A stretch of 64,000 nt of DNA, from positions 34,370 to 98,369 of IMG/VR virus record IMGVR_UViG_3300025889_000085; one strand, given 5' to 3'. Position 1 is the stretch's first letter. The number at the start of each line of letters is the position of its first letter. The notes below the pieces were generated by a model. That model was given only the letters and a program-made list of their open reading frames with translations, ran no database searches and was not told the origin of the DNA. Both the position numbers and the translations under genes were made by a program. The stretch is from a virus. Below, piece by piece: positions 38,187 through 49,009 of this stretch.

Positions 38187-39567
38187 GAGCGTATTTTTAA
38201 CAGGAGCAGAAAATATGCGGGACTTGTTAGGGCCCAGTCTTTGTTTGGCTAAATGGAAACAAGTTAGTCTGCATTTACCTACAGGCCTAAACAACAGTTG
38301 CTATCATCCTCCACTACACCAAATTGACGCAGCACAAGTTCAACACAATCCCAGCGCACTGCACAATACCGAACATAAAAAACAGCAACGTCAGATCATG
38401 CTTCGAGAAGAACGTCCAAGCGAGTGCAGTTACTGCTGGACACAGGAAGACTTGGGCAATTTAAGCGACAGGCACTATCGCAGCGGCGAGCCTTGGGCCG
38501 CAAAAGATTACCACAGTATCTTAGAGTCAACAGGCCATGAGGATGTTCTCCCTTCCTACGTTGAAGTAAATTTTAATCACGCTTGTAATCTTAAGTGCAG
38601 TTATTGCAGTCCTCAGTTTAGTAGTACATGGGATGAGGAAATTCAACGGCATGGTGCTTTTCCAACAGTGCCTTTGCACAATGCACCTGAACACTTTACG
38701 GGACGCAATAGACCTATACCAGCAAGGGAACAAAATCCCTATGTAGATGCATTTTGGCAGTGGTGGCCCGAACTGTATCCTGAACTGGAACATTTTAGAA
38801 TGACTGGTGGCGAACCTTTAATGGATCGAAACACTTATCGTGTGTTTGACTATGTGCTGGCCAATCCCAGTCCTCGCTTACACATAAACGTGACCAGCAA
38901 CTTTAGTGTTGAAGATAATTTGTTTGAAAAATATTTGGATTATGTTAAACAGTTGACTACAAACGAGCCAAGGTATTTGGAGCACTTCATGCAATACGTT
39001 AGTCTTGACTGTATGTTTGAACGTGCAGAATATGGCAGACATGGCATGAACTTTGAACGAGTTTGGGAAAACGTAAATAGATTTCTCAATGAAGTTCCTA
39101 CACGTAGCAGTTTGACATTCATCATTACTATGAATACCCTGAACATAACAGGGTTTCATGAAATTATGAATGCCATATACGGGTTGAGAATGATCTACAA
39201 CAAAGACTATCAGCGTGTTTGGTTTGATACTCCTATACTGCGTCAGCCTGCTTGGCAAAACATACAGATTTTGCCAGAGTTATATGTGGACTACTTGGAA
39301 GAACCTTGGGCATTTATGATGAAAAACATAAATGAAAATAAGGAAAATAAACTACATGGATTCAAAGATTATGAACTTCACAGACTGCAACGAGTAATCG
39401 ATTATATGCGGGAAGGTTGCAAATTAGATCCTGAATATGTTAAAATGCAACAGGCAAACTTTTATCGATTCTTCTCAGAACATGATCGTCGCAGAGGTAC
39501 AGACTTTTTGACAACTTTTCCAGAGATGACGGAATTTTGGACAACTTGTAAACATTATGCAAAATGA
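38179..39567 (+). CDS. Radical SAM protein with N-terminal Twitch-like domain (CxH variant)
   Basis: CNLKCSYC, MTGGEP; N-terminal CLAKW...SCYH...CSYC. Confidence 0.9.
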   Translation: MNKSVFLTGAENMRDLLGPSLCLAKWKQVSLHLPTGLNNSCYHPPLHQIDAAQVQHNPSALHNTEHKKQQRQIMLREERPSECSYCWTQEDLGNLSDRHYRSGEPWAAKDYHSILESTGHEDVLPSYVEVNFNHACNLKCSYCSPQFSSTWDEEIQRHGAFPTVPLHNAPEHFTGRNRPIPAREQNPYVDAFWQWWPELYPELEHFRMTGGEPLMDRNTYRVFDYVLANPSPRLHINVTSNFSVEDNLFEKYLDYVKQLTTNEPRYLEHFMQYVSLDCMFERAEYGRHGMNFERVWENVNRFLNEVPTRSSLTFIITMNTLNITGFHEIMNAIYGLRMIYNKDYQRVWFDTPILRQPAWQNIQILPELYVDYLEEPWAFMMKNINENKENKLHGFKDYELHRLQRVIDYMREGCKLDPEYVKMQQANFYRFFSEHDRRRGTDFLTTFPEMTEFWTTCKHYAK

Positions 39568-40633
39568 ATCTATCTTTTTGAAAGTATTTTTGTCAAAACA
39601 TAATTTAGATTTTTTTATGACTTTTGAAAATGAACTAAATTTATCAAATTTTTATATTAATAGGTTGAACTCGGCGGTAAATTACTGGGAGCCATTGCAA
39701 GTTACAGATTTTTTAGTTGTTGATCCAGAATCTATACAGAAAAATAAAATTTTAAAAAAAATAATCGAGAGTCATACAAATAATGGTGGCTATATCATTT
39801 ATTTTGAACCTGCAGAAGGAACAACGCTGTTTAAAAGACATTTACAGATATTTAAAGAAAACGTCTTGAAGAATTTTGTAATAGTTTCTTGTGCTTCTTT
39901 TAATAGTCAAAATTTTAAAGATTTTTTACTTTTAAATCATTTGTTTTATTCTTATACTACATATGATTGGAATTTATCTTGCTGCTCACAGTATTCGGAG
40001 GAGGTAATTAATGCAAGAAATAAAAAGTATTCTTTTAATCTTCTCAATATGAAATATCGTTATCATAGAAGTTATATAGTAGATAAATTAAAAGAAAATA
40101 AGAGTTTAGACAATGCAGTATGGTCACAAGTGTATAAGGGCATGTATTTGGCCGACGAAATGAATGATGCCTTTCATAAAGCGCAAACTCGTCAAAGCGA
40201 CGGCAGCGACAAAGTAAAAATAAATCCTTTACTTTACTTACAAAGTTATTTTTCGGTTGTAACTGAAACTAATTATGAACATCAAGAGCAGTTTTTTACT
40301 GAAAAAATCACAAAGCCATTGCTAATGGGCCACCCATTTGTAGTTGTCGCTAATAAAAATTTTTATAAATTTTTGCACAATGAGGGTTTCAAAACCTTCA
40401 ATAATCTAATTGACGAATCATTTGATAGTATAGACAATCACCAAGACAGATTTAACAGAATTGCAGAAGTCATTAAAGAACTAGTAAACTCTGATTTGAA
40501 TCAGTTTTTAACAGAAACCGAAGCAATTGTTAGATATAACAAAGACTTGTTATTAGAAAAAGCCGAAAATTATTTTAAAAATCTAAACAAAGATGTAGTA
40601 AATTTTTTAAATCGGGTAAAGGCATATCATTAA
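39557..40633 (+). CDS. AT-rich putative glycosyltransferase-like protein (GT10-like C-terminal motif)
   Basis: SVVTETN...FFTEKITKPLL.GHPF...GFKTF..LIDESFDSI; paralog of 675..1769. Confidence 0.5.
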   Translation: MQNESIFLKVFLSKHNLDFFMTFENELNLSNFYINRLNSAVNYWEPLQVTDFLVVDPESIQKNKILKKIIESHTNNGGYIIYFEPAEGTTLFKRHLQIFKENVLKNFVIVSCASFNSQNFKDFLLLNHLFYSYTTYDWNLSCCSQYSEEVINARNKKYSFNLLNMKYRYHRSYIVDKLKENKSLDNAVWSQVYKGMYLADEMNDAFHKAQTRQSDGSDKVKINPLLYLQSYFSVVTETNYEHQEQFFTEKITKPLLMGHPFVVVANKNFYKFLHNEGFKTFNNLIDESFDSIDNHQDRFNRIAEVIKELVNSDLNQFLTETEAIVRYNKDLLLEKAENYFKNLNKDVVNFLNRVKAYH

Positions 40634-41971
40634 ATGAAAGAAACTGATTTAGAATACAAACAGAGAGTTATAGATATAAAGTCTACAAGTTTCTGTGCGG
40701 CCAAATGGTATAACGCTACCATATGGTTGGGTTCAGGCATGACTACCAGTTGTCATCATCCACTTCCACATAAAGTGGGAATAGCAGAAGTAGAACAAAA
40801 TCCCAAAGCATTACATAATACCGAACGTAAAAAAATGGAACGTGAAATGATGCAGCAGGGAGAACGTCCGGATGGCTGCGAGTATTGCTGGAAAATAGAA
40901 GACATGGGCAGAGATGCTGTCAGCGACCGTGTGTATAAAACAAAGATATATACAGAAGAGGAACTCGATGCGGCTTTTAGAACACCCTTTAGTCAAGACG
41001 TTGATCTCAAGACTTTGGAGATTGCCTTCGACAGGACTTGCCAGTTTGCTTGTAGTTACTGTAATCCTGCTTTCAGTAGTACTTGGGTTAATGATATTAA
41101 AAAACATGGCGGGTACACCAATCTCATCTCGGATGGTAGGAATCATTTTACTCATACTCATGATAGTAGCCAACTATACCGCTTTGGTGATACTAATCCG
41201 TATGTGGAAGCCTTCTACCAATGGTGGGAGTCAGACCTACATAGAACGCTGGAAGAACTTAGAATAACAGGCGGTGAACCTTTAATGTCGGGCGAAACTT
41301 GGCGTTTGCTGGATTGGTTTAAAAACAACAGAGGTAAGAGTCAGACACGTCTTGCTATAAACAGTAACCTCGGCGCACAGGTAGATTTAGATAGGCTACT
41401 TGACAGCATTGATGGATTAGAAGTTGATTTGTATACCAGCAATGAATCAATGGGCGTACAAGCAGAGTACATCCGTGACGGTTTAGACTTTGCAGCATGG
41501 CAGGACAACATGCACAAGTTAGCCAAAAGCAAAAAGTTAAGAGGCTTACATGTAATGTGTACCATTAACGCATTGTGTCTTGACTCACTGCCAGATTTCC
41601 TAACTTGGATAATGGAAACAAAAAGCCGTTACGGCAGAGACTATCCAAACTTTACACTAAACATTTTACGGTTCCCCAGTTTTCAAAGTGCATTGGTGTT
41701 GCCCGACGATATTAGAATGCGGTATAAAGAACAACTGGAACGCTGGTTAAACATTTATCAGTATCATGTCTTTATGCACGAGCACGAACGCAATCATGTG
41801 CAACGACTAATAGATTATTTAGACATAGTTAAGACTCCGCATAGAGAAGCATTTGAAATGCCCAAACTACACAACGATTTTAAACAGTTTTATTCACAGT
41901 ATGACGTGCGTAGAAACAAAGACTTAATCACCGCATTTCCTGCGTTGAAAACTTGGTATAATACATTATGA
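40634..41971 (+). CDS. Radical SAM protein with N-terminal Twitch-like domain (CxH variant), paralog of 38179..39567
   Basis: CQFACSYC, ITGGEP; CAAKW...SCHH...CEYC. Confidence 0.9.
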   Translation: MKETDLEYKQRVIDIKSTSFCAAKWYNATIWLGSGMTTSCHHPLPHKVGIAEVEQNPKALHNTERKKMEREMMQQGERPDGCEYCWKIEDMGRDAVSDRVYKTKIYTEEELDAAFRTPFSQDVDLKTLEIAFDRTCQFACSYCNPAFSSTWVNDIKKHGGYTNLISDGRNHFTHTHDSSQLYRFGDTNPYVEAFYQWWESDLHRTLEELRITGGEPLMSGETWRLLDWFKNNRGKSQTRLAINSNLGAQVDLDRLLDSIDGLEVDLYTSNESMGVQAEYIRDGLDFAAWQDNMHKLAKSKKLRGLHVMCTINALCLDSLPDFLTWIMETKSRYGRDYPNFTLNILRFPSFQSALVLPDDIRMRYKEQLERWLNIYQYHVFMHEHERNHVQRLIDYLDIVKTPHREAFEMPKLHNDFKQFYSQYDVRRNKDLITAFPALKTWYNTL

Positions 41972-43275
41972 AAAAAATTCAACCCAATTACAATGACCGC
42001 GCACCTTATCACATTAGGAAAGAAGATTTAACTGAAAAACAATGGGACAGACTTGTAAAAAGTGAAACATTTTGTATGCTACCATGGATGCACATGCATG
42101 CCTATCCAGATGGTAGAACTTACCCTTGTTGTTTTGCTGAATATTGGGCGCCAGTTGGAGATTTACGCAAACATACTATGGAAGAAGTATGGAATCAAGA
42201 ACCTTATCGACAAATACGGATCAATATGTTGAACGATAAGACCTGTAAAGAATGTAAAAAATGTTATGAAAATGAACGCAATGGTGCATTTAGTATGCGT
42301 AACGATGCAAATAGAAATTACGGTCATTTAATTAGTGAAGTAGATCGAACAGGAGTTGATGGTAGTCATCCTGAATTCAAGATTAGATACTGGGATGTAC
42401 GTTTTAGTAATTTGTGTAATTTTCGTTGCCGTAGTTGTGGGCCGATCTTTAGTAGTAATTGGTGGAACGATCACGTAAAACTTTACAACAGAATTCCAGA
42501 TGTACTTGGAAGAGATATGGCTCGGGTTGAGTATACAACTGGCAACGAGGATGATATGATTGCTCAGATGGAGCCTCATGTACCCTATCTTGAACAAGTT
42601 TATTTTGCTGGTGGCGAACCTTTAATAATGAAAGAACATTATTACATCTTAGATAGATTGATGGAGTTAGGAAAAACTGACACAAGAATAATTTATAATA
42701 CAAATTTCAGTGAGTTAAGATATAAAGACAAGCATGTGTTTGACTACTGGAAGCATTTTAAAAACGTAAGTGTTGGAGCCAGTTTAGATGGCATGGGCAA
42801 ACAGGCAGAGCTTCTAAGAAAAGGAACAGTTTGGGAAGAGGTAGAGAAAAATAGGTTACAGATGAGGAATGAAGTGCCGCACGTAGACTTTTTTGCTAGT
42901 GCAACTATTACCGTAATGAATGTTTTACATGTACTAAAATTTCATCGTGCATGGGTTGAAAAAGGATTAATTAGAGCACAAGATTTTAATGTCAATAATT
43001 GTCTGAGTCCAGACTGGTACAGGGTAGATATTTTCCCAACTTGGTTCAAAGAAGAAGTTATCTATCCTGCTTATGAAGAACATCTTGCTTGGCTAGAACC
43101 ATTAGACGAGTATAAACGGGCCACAACAGGTTACCAGAGTATTTTAAATATGATGAAAGCAAATGATGCTAGCGATACTTGGGATAGATTTTTGTTAGAA
43201 ACCGAGAAATTAGACAAAATTAGAAACGAAAGTTTTTGGGATACATTCCCAGAGTTTGAGAAATTACGCCCATGA
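41968..43275 (+). CDS. Radical SAM protein with N-terminal Twitch/SPASM-like domain
   Basis: CNFRCRSC, FAGGEP, YNTN, ASLDG; CMLPW...YPCC...CKKC. Confidence 0.9.
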   Translation: MKKIQPNYNDRAPYHIRKEDLTEKQWDRLVKSETFCMLPWMHMHAYPDGRTYPCCFAEYWAPVGDLRKHTMEEVWNQEPYRQIRINMLNDKTCKECKKCYENERNGAFSMRNDANRNYGHLISEVDRTGVDGSHPEFKIRYWDVRFSNLCNFRCRSCGPIFSSNWWNDHVKLYNRIPDVLGRDMARVEYTTGNEDDMIAQMEPHVPYLEQVYFAGGEPLIMKEHYYILDRLMELGKTDTRIIYNTNFSELRYKDKHVFDYWKHFKNVSVGASLDGMGKQAELLRKGTVWEEVEKNRLQMRNEVPHVDFFASATITVMNVLHVLKFHRAWVEKGLIRAQDFNVNNCLSPDWYRVDIFPTWFKEEVIYPAYEEHLAWLEPLDEYKRATTGYQSILNMMKANDASDTWDRFLLETEKLDKIRNESFWDTFPEFEKLRP

Positions 43276-43700
43276 GTAGATTTTATACATATGAAGTGTT
43301 ATTACGTAGAGACGGTGGCTTAAATAAAACAGTCTACATACACGATTGTCTGAGTGACCAAGAGGCCCGAGAAACTGCGGAAGCAATGTACGGTATGGAA
43401 GTGTTGCGTGTATTGTGGAAGGGTCGCACAGACGACTGGGAAAATAGAAATAACTCAAGTGTTGGTTCTGTTTCCAATAACAATAATAATAAGGAAACAT
43501 CTACTATGACATTTACAGAAATGGTAGGAGCAATATTAGTACTTGCATTAATGTTCTTCATACTTTTAATTTATGAGATGCTGTTAGCAACATGGGCGTT
43601 CATAGTTGCTTATTGGCCTTGGATCCTTGGAGTTGGTATATTTGTGTTTATAATCTGGGCATGGTTGTTACCAGATGAAGAGGAAGATGAAGAAACTTGA
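43272..43700 (+). CDS. Small membrane protein
   Basis: Soluble N-terminus, Asn-rich linker, long hydrophobic C-terminal stretch (about 2 TM), acidic tail. Confidence 0.6.
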   Translation: MSRFYTYEVLLRRDGGLNKTVYIHDCLSDQEARETAEAMYGMEVLRVLWKGRTDDWENRNNSSVGSVSNNNNNKETSTMTFTEMVGAILVLALMFFILLIYEMLLATWAFIVAYWPWILGVGIFVFIIWAWLLPDEEEDEET

Positions 43701-45444
43701 TATATTAATTGTTAGTGTACCGGTACTTGATTTACAATATCCTCCAAGTAGTCCTGCAATTATAAAAGCATGTGCAAAAGCAGCAGGGTATTCTGCACGA
43801 ACCTTAGACTTAAACTTACTTTTAAAAAAATTAAGCAGCGACGAACAAGAATTTTATACAACGCAATATCAATTTGAAAATGTAAGCAAAGACATTGATG
43901 AAAATTATCAAGATATCGTAGACTTATTTTTTACTTCTAGCAAAGATAAAATAAGAAAATGGATTGATATTAGTATAGAAGAAATTGCTAAATTAAATCC
44001 AACTTGGTTGGGGATAAGTGTTTTTAGTTATAAAAGTCACAAGTCCGCCCTGGTATTGTGTGAGCAAGTTAAAAAAAGATTGCCTAAAATAAAGATTGTT
44101 TTAGGAGGAAGAGGTGCGTCCAGCTACCCCTTGGGTCCAAATCACTTTGCATTTATCTCAAAAAGTAAAAAATACTTTGGATCATATAAATCTGCAGTGT
44201 TTGGAGAAGCCCTTTTACACTACAATCTCATTGATAGTTTAATACAAGGAGATGGGGAGCAAGCAATAATAGACTTGTTGTCTGGATCTCAATTTGAAAG
44301 TCATCATGGGGACATAAACAAGATTAATTTAGAAACATTACCTTTTGTGGATTTCGACGACTATAAACTCGATGATTACAATTATGTCAACGAGCCCACG
44401 ATACCTATTACTGGTAGCAAAGGTTGTGTAAGAAAATGTACGTTTTGTGATATTCCGGTACTTTGGCCAAAGTTTAAATATCGTTCAGGAGAACATATTG
44501 CACAGGAAATGATTCACTTGTATAAAAAGCACAATGTCCAAAAGTTTTATATGAGCGACAGCCTTGTAAACGGCAGTATGAAAGCATTTAAAGACTTTAT
44601 TAAAACTTTGGCTGACTATAACTTAAAAAATCAAGAAGCAAGATTAAAATGGGTCGGGCAATATATTACAAGACCGATTAGTAAAGAATTAAATGAAGAA
44701 TATTATGCTTTATTAAAGGCTAGCGGAGGAGAAGGTCTTACAATCGGGGTGGAGAGTGGCAGCGATGCAGTACGAGCGCACATGAAAAAACAGTTCAAAA
44801 CTGTTGACATAGACGCAGAATTAGAGCAATTTGATAAACATGGCATTGTTTGTGTGCTTTTGTTCTTTAGTTGTTATCCAACTGAGACGTATCAAGATTT
44901 TATAGACACTGTTAAAATGTTTATACGATATCAAAAATATTGTGCAAGCGGCACAGTTTACAAAATTACACTGGGAATACCATATACCCATCATCAGCAT
45001 ACTCCATTGTGGAATATGCAAGAGGACATAGGTTTATCGATAAAAAAAGGCAGTGACATACTTTGGTCTTTAAATACTAATTCAACGTTGACTTTCAAAG
45101 AAAGAATTAGACGTAGATTAATACTGCAAGAAGTAGCAACAGTACTAAGATTACCAATGAGTCGAAATACCCCAGAATTAAACCAACTAATTGATGCAAT
45201 GAAACTGCATAAGCAGGACATTGAAGAATATTTTGGCAAAGAAGAAAAAATTGTCACTTACGCTGACAATTATAATTTGTTGGGCGACGAAGTTTTGATG
45301 CCTCCTGATATACAAACTATGATAGCAGAACACCTTAACGCTACAAACTATTTAGAAAAAATTCTTGCTACTCATAAAAATACCAACGATGATATACAGT
45401 TTGATAATTCTGCATATCTAGAATTAAGAGAACTAATACTATGA
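43687..45444 (+). CDS. B12-binding-domain (class B methyltransferase-like) radical SAM protein
   Basis: N-terminal PP.SPA...LDLN...LGISVFSY...IVLGG...GDGE; SKGCVRKCTFC; IGVESGS; start MKKLDIL at 43687 preferred over 43675. Confidence 0.85.
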   Translation: MKKLDILIVSVPVLDLQYPPSSPAIIKACAKAAGYSARTLDLNLLLKKLSSDEQEFYTTQYQFENVSKDIDENYQDIVDLFFTSSKDKIRKWIDISIEEIAKLNPTWLGISVFSYKSHKSALVLCEQVKKRLPKIKIVLGGRGASSYPLGPNHFAFISKSKKYFGSYKSAVFGEALLHYNLIDSLIQGDGEQAIIDLLSGSQFESHHGDINKINLETLPFVDFDDYKLDDYNYVNEPTIPITGSKGCVRKCTFCDIPVLWPKFKYRSGEHIAQEMIHLYKKHNVQKFYMSDSLVNGSMKAFKDFIKTLADYNLKNQEARLKWVGQYITRPISKELNEEYYALLKASGGEGLTIGVESGSDAVRAHMKKQFKTVDIDAELEQFDKHGIVCVLLFFSCYPTETYQDFIDTVKMFIRYQKYCASGTVYKITLGIPYTHHQHTPLWNMQEDIGLSIKKGSDILWSLNTNSTLTFKERIRRRLILQEVATVLRLPMSRNTPELNQLIDAMKLHKQDIEEYFGKEEKIVTYADNYNLLGDEVLMPPDIQTMIAEHLNATNYLEKILATHKNTNDDIQFDNSAYLELRELIL

Positions 45445-46655
45445 ACTTGCCTGATTCCATATGTATGTTACCGTGGACTAGTTTAGAAGCAACACCTCAA
45501 GGTACTTCTAGACCATGCTGTTTGTTCGACGAAGAGATAGTAGACAAGGAAGGTAACAAATTTTGGTTAAAAGATGCAAGTCTGCAGGAAATTTATAAAT
45601 CAGAATATCTTCAAAATCTACGACAAGATTTTTTAAACGGAGGAAAACCTAAGGCCTGTTTCAGATGTTGGGATGCGGAAGCAGCTGGGGCAACTAGTAA
45701 GCGTATGCACACCAGGACAAGGCTAAAAGAGTTGTATGCCAATGTTGATTGGAGTAACTTACAACCCGATCAGTTATGGTTTTTAGATTTAAAATTAGGG
45801 AATATTTGTAATTTAAAATGTCGAATATGTGGAAGTTGGTCAAGTAGTAAGTGGGCAGAGGAAGAAATAAAATACGTAAAAGGTTTAAAAAACCCTAAAG
45901 AACATTTGGCTTATACTTTTCTTCAACAAGGAATGTGGCCTAGAAAGTCTGACTTATTCTGGCAGAATCTAAAAAAACTTTTGCCACAAATAAAATACTT
46001 CGAATTTACGGGAGGCGAACCGTGGCTTATTCAAGAACACTGGGATTTGTTAAAGTATGCCGCAGACAATGGGTATAGTAAAAATATTGATATACATTAC
46101 AACACCAATGCCACACAGGAACTGGGCCCGCACACACAGATATGGAGTGAGTTTGGTCGTGTGGACATTGCGTTTAGTGTAGATAATGTAGGTGAGCGTT
46201 TTGAATATGAACGTTATGGTGCGGACTGGACAAAAGCAAACAAAATTATTGACGATGTTCACTTTGCTAGAAGTGCAGATACACCTAATATTACCACACA
46301 ACTTTGTTTTACTGTTAACATACAAAATGTTTACTACTTAGACGAATTATTAGATTGGGCTGATACAAAACCTTTTGATACTATATATTTTAATCTATTA
46401 ACTAGTCCAAGTCATATGAGTATTCAATATATGACCCCGGAGTCAAAAGAACTTGTATTAAACAAATTAAAAAGCATGTTCTGGGGCAGAGATTTTTATC
46501 AACGTGAAATTGATAATGTGATCAGGTTCATTGAAAACGGTCCAGGCAGTGACGGCACCGAATTCGTGCGTAAAATGACCAAAACCGATCAATATAGAAA
46601 ACAGGACTTTCGACTGCTGTATCCTGAAATGGCAGCAACAATGGGATATGACTAA
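45441..46655 (+). CDS. Radical SAM protein with N-terminal Twitch/SPASM-like domain
   Basis: CNLKCRIC, FTGGEP, YNTN, FSVD; CMLPW...RPCC...CFRC. Confidence 0.9.
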   Translation: MNLPDSICMLPWTSLEATPQGTSRPCCLFDEEIVDKEGNKFWLKDASLQEIYKSEYLQNLRQDFLNGGKPKACFRCWDAEAAGATSKRMHTRTRLKELYANVDWSNLQPDQLWFLDLKLGNICNLKCRICGSWSSSKWAEEEIKYVKGLKNPKEHLAYTFLQQGMWPRKSDLFWQNLKKLLPQIKYFEFTGGEPWLIQEHWDLLKYAADNGYSKNIDIHYNTNATQELGPHTQIWSEFGRVDIAFSVDNVGERFEYERYGADWTKANKIIDDVHFARSADTPNITTQLCFTVNIQNVYYLDELLDWADTKPFDTIYFNLLTSPSHMSIQYMTPESKELVLNKLKSMFWGRDFYQREIDNVIRFIENGPGSDGTEFVRKMTKTDQYRKQDFRLLYPEMAATMGYD

Positions 46656-47943
46656 ACCCGATACACTGTGCCTGGCACCTTGGACGCATACTTATTTGAG
46701 TCCGCAGACTGAACGCAGAATGTGTTGTGCTAGTAGAGAGCCTGCACAAAACTTTCAACAATACATAGATACCGAATCTGGCACTGGCGAATACATTCCT
46801 ATTACACTAGAGGAACACTGGAACGGCGAACATATGCGTAGTGTGCGTCGTCGTATGATGGCAGGAGAAACACTGCCCGAGTGCGAAGTCTGTAACGACA
46901 AGCTGTTAAACACAGACGTTTACCGCAGTTATTTCAACAACCTTTTTGGCAATAAGTACAACGACATACTGGACACAACCGACGAATCAGGTTATACCAC
47001 AATGAAGCCTGTTAGTTGGGACTATAGGTTTAGCAATCTCTGTAACTTCAAGTGTCGTATGTGTGGGGACATGTTAAGCAGTGCTTGGGAAAGTGAGCAA
47101 CGCCAACATAACATGATCGACTACACCAATCCAAAGAATAATTGGATGCGACCTGAAGTCAAGCAGCAGATTGAGCAGTTTCAAGATACCAAAATCGAAC
47201 AAGAATTTAGTCAGGCAGTTGAGGAACACAGAGTAGAAGAAGTTTACTGGGTGGGTGGAGAGCCTTTGATGTATGAACAGCACTGGCGTTATATGCAGAG
47301 AATAATAGAGTTAGGGGATGGTGACAAACTATATGCCAGATATAATACTAATCTTAGCCGGCGCCGCTACCGGAATGTTGATCTGTTTAGTGATATTCTT
47401 CCTAGGATTCGCGATTGGCAGATCTGCGCGAGCATCGACGGAACTGGAGTCATTGGAGAATATATTAGAACAGGTCTTAACTATAACCAATGGCTTGAAA
47501 ACTTTCGTGCAGGAGTTGAAATCCAACGTCACAAAAGGCAAATGAGATTAGACTTCACATTAACACTGCCAGGCCTGTTTGAAATAGTAAATATTCAACA
47601 ACTGGCAGACAAGTTAGGTGTTGATGTGCTGTCAAAAGTTGTGTTTAGTTTTAGTCCCGACATAGTGATGTCGCCGTTAGCACTGCCCAAGGACATATTA
47701 CATCCTTGGATAGACGAACTAGTACCCCAAGTTAGAGGCGCCTTGCGGGACACATTAATCCAACTTAAAACTAGACCAACTTTTCAAGAGCAATGGCCTG
47801 ATGAATATCGTGAGGGTATTAGTCGTGGCAAGCACCGCATACTAAGGTTAGAGCAAATAAGAGATCAAAAAACAACGTTTACTGACATTATCAGTCTACG
47901 TCCTGAAGCGCTCAAATGGTGGATGACAATTGAAGACTGTTAA
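46648..47943 (+). CDS. Radical SAM protein with N-terminal Twitch/SPASM-like domain
   Basis: CNFKCRMC, WVGGEP, YNTN, ASIDG; CLAPW...RMCC...CEVC. Confidence 0.9.
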   Translation: MTKPDTLCLAPWTHTYLSPQTERRMCCASREPAQNFQQYIDTESGTGEYIPITLEEHWNGEHMRSVRRRMMAGETLPECEVCNDKLLNTDVYRSYFNNLFGNKYNDILDTTDESGYTTMKPVSWDYRFSNLCNFKCRMCGDMLSSAWESEQRQHNMIDYTNPKNNWMRPEVKQQIEQFQDTKIEQEFSQAVEEHRVEEVYWVGGEPLMYEQHWRYMQRIIELGDGDKLYARYNTNLSRRRYRNVDLFSDILPRIRDWQICASIDGTGVIGEYIRTGLNYNQWLENFRAGVEIQRHKRQMRLDFTLTLPGLFEIVNIQQLADKLGVDVLSKVVFSFSPDIVMSPLALPKDILHPWIDELVPQVRGALRDTLIQLKTRPTFQEQWPDEYREGISRGKHRILRLEQIRDQKTTFTDIISLRPEALKWWMTIEDC

Positions 47944-49009
47944 AGTAGTATTACGCAATCCGTTAAATTATCAAGATCAAGTTGACTACACTATAGAAGT
48001 GTTCGACAATGCATTAGCACAAGATTGGATTCCAGCATTAAAAGAATTGCTACATAAAAATCTTTTATTAGAAAAAAATTTTTGTTTTATGGGTTTTCCT
48101 AAAACTGCAAGGACCTTGGATTATCTTTGTAACGAGTTAAATCAACATTGTAAAACTATTAATAAGCACTTTCCATCTTATCAAATTGAAGAGTTTTTTA
48201 CGCCAGATAATGTTGTTGGATACGATTATGCCGAAAACGGTATAAATCATGACATGATGAATCGGTTACACAATCATTTCGAAGTATTGCAAGGAACTGT
48301 CTGGAATTTAAGTGATTATTATAAACGTGCAGACTATGAAACAAAATATGCAATTAGACAGTTAAACAATATTTGTCACGAAATGGAAACATTGATTTTA
48401 AGCCAGCGAAAATTCAATACCGTTCCTTATTGGGTCAGGCCTAGTCAAATTACTACATGGTTACAAGCACCCAGGTACGATCTTAAAGACATACATAGAG
48501 AATTGTTTTTAGTGAATGGTTATGATAGAGTGTTAGGCGGAGTATACATGCACTGGACACAGATAGGTAAAACACTGTTTGAAGTTTTCAGAGATGAGCA
48601 TGCACCTGAACTTACAGATACTGTTTGTGAAGCAATCACCGAGTTAAAGTATTATAGCGGTGAGTTTGATGTTGAATGGGGTAACAATGTAGTTTATGGA
48701 GGCGAACAATTGTGGCACAATCAAGAACAAGACAACTTTAAAAAATGGTTAACAGATAATAACCGAGATCCTGATGACCCAAAACTAAGTTTAGGATATT
48801 TGCCTATCGCACAAGTAAATTTAAAACAAAGTTTTGGATCTACAGATTATAACGATATATGGGATATACTCGGTAATCATTTAGACATTTATAAAATCGT
48901 CGTTAATGACGTAGAACAAACATTTGATTACTGTTGGTCAGATCTTAGTTATAATCAAATGCAAATAGATATGATGAAACCAGGTTATGATTATAGTAGC
49001 AGGCGGTGA
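47930..49009 (+). CDS. Hypothetical protein with His/Glu helical motifs
   Basis: 359 aa, overlaps both neighbours; LHNHFE, LNNICHEME, YMHWTQIGKT. Confidence 0.6.
   Translation: MKTVKVVLRNPLNYQDQVDYTIEVFDNALAQDWIPALKELLHKNLLLEKNFCFMGFPKTARTLDYLCNELNQHCKTINKHFPSYQIEEFFTPDNVVGYDYAENGINHDMMNRLHNHFEVLQGTVWNLSDYYKRADYETKYAIRQLNNICHEMETLILSQRKFNTVPYWVRPSQITTWLQAPRYDLKDIHRELFLVNGYDRVLGGVYMHWTQIGKTLFEVFRDEHAPELTDTVCEAITELKYYSGEFDVEWGNNVVYGGEQLWHNQEQDNFKKWLTDNNRDPDDPKLSLGYLPIAQVNLKQSFGSTDYNDIWDILGNHLDIYKIVVNDVEQTFDYCWSDLSYNQMQIDMMKPGYDYSSRR

Noticed and set aside
43468-43492. AAT/AAC microsatellite as a phase-variation tract
   Set aside because: It is a short, imperfect, in-frame trinucleotide run encoding an Asn linker; slippage would not shift the frame.
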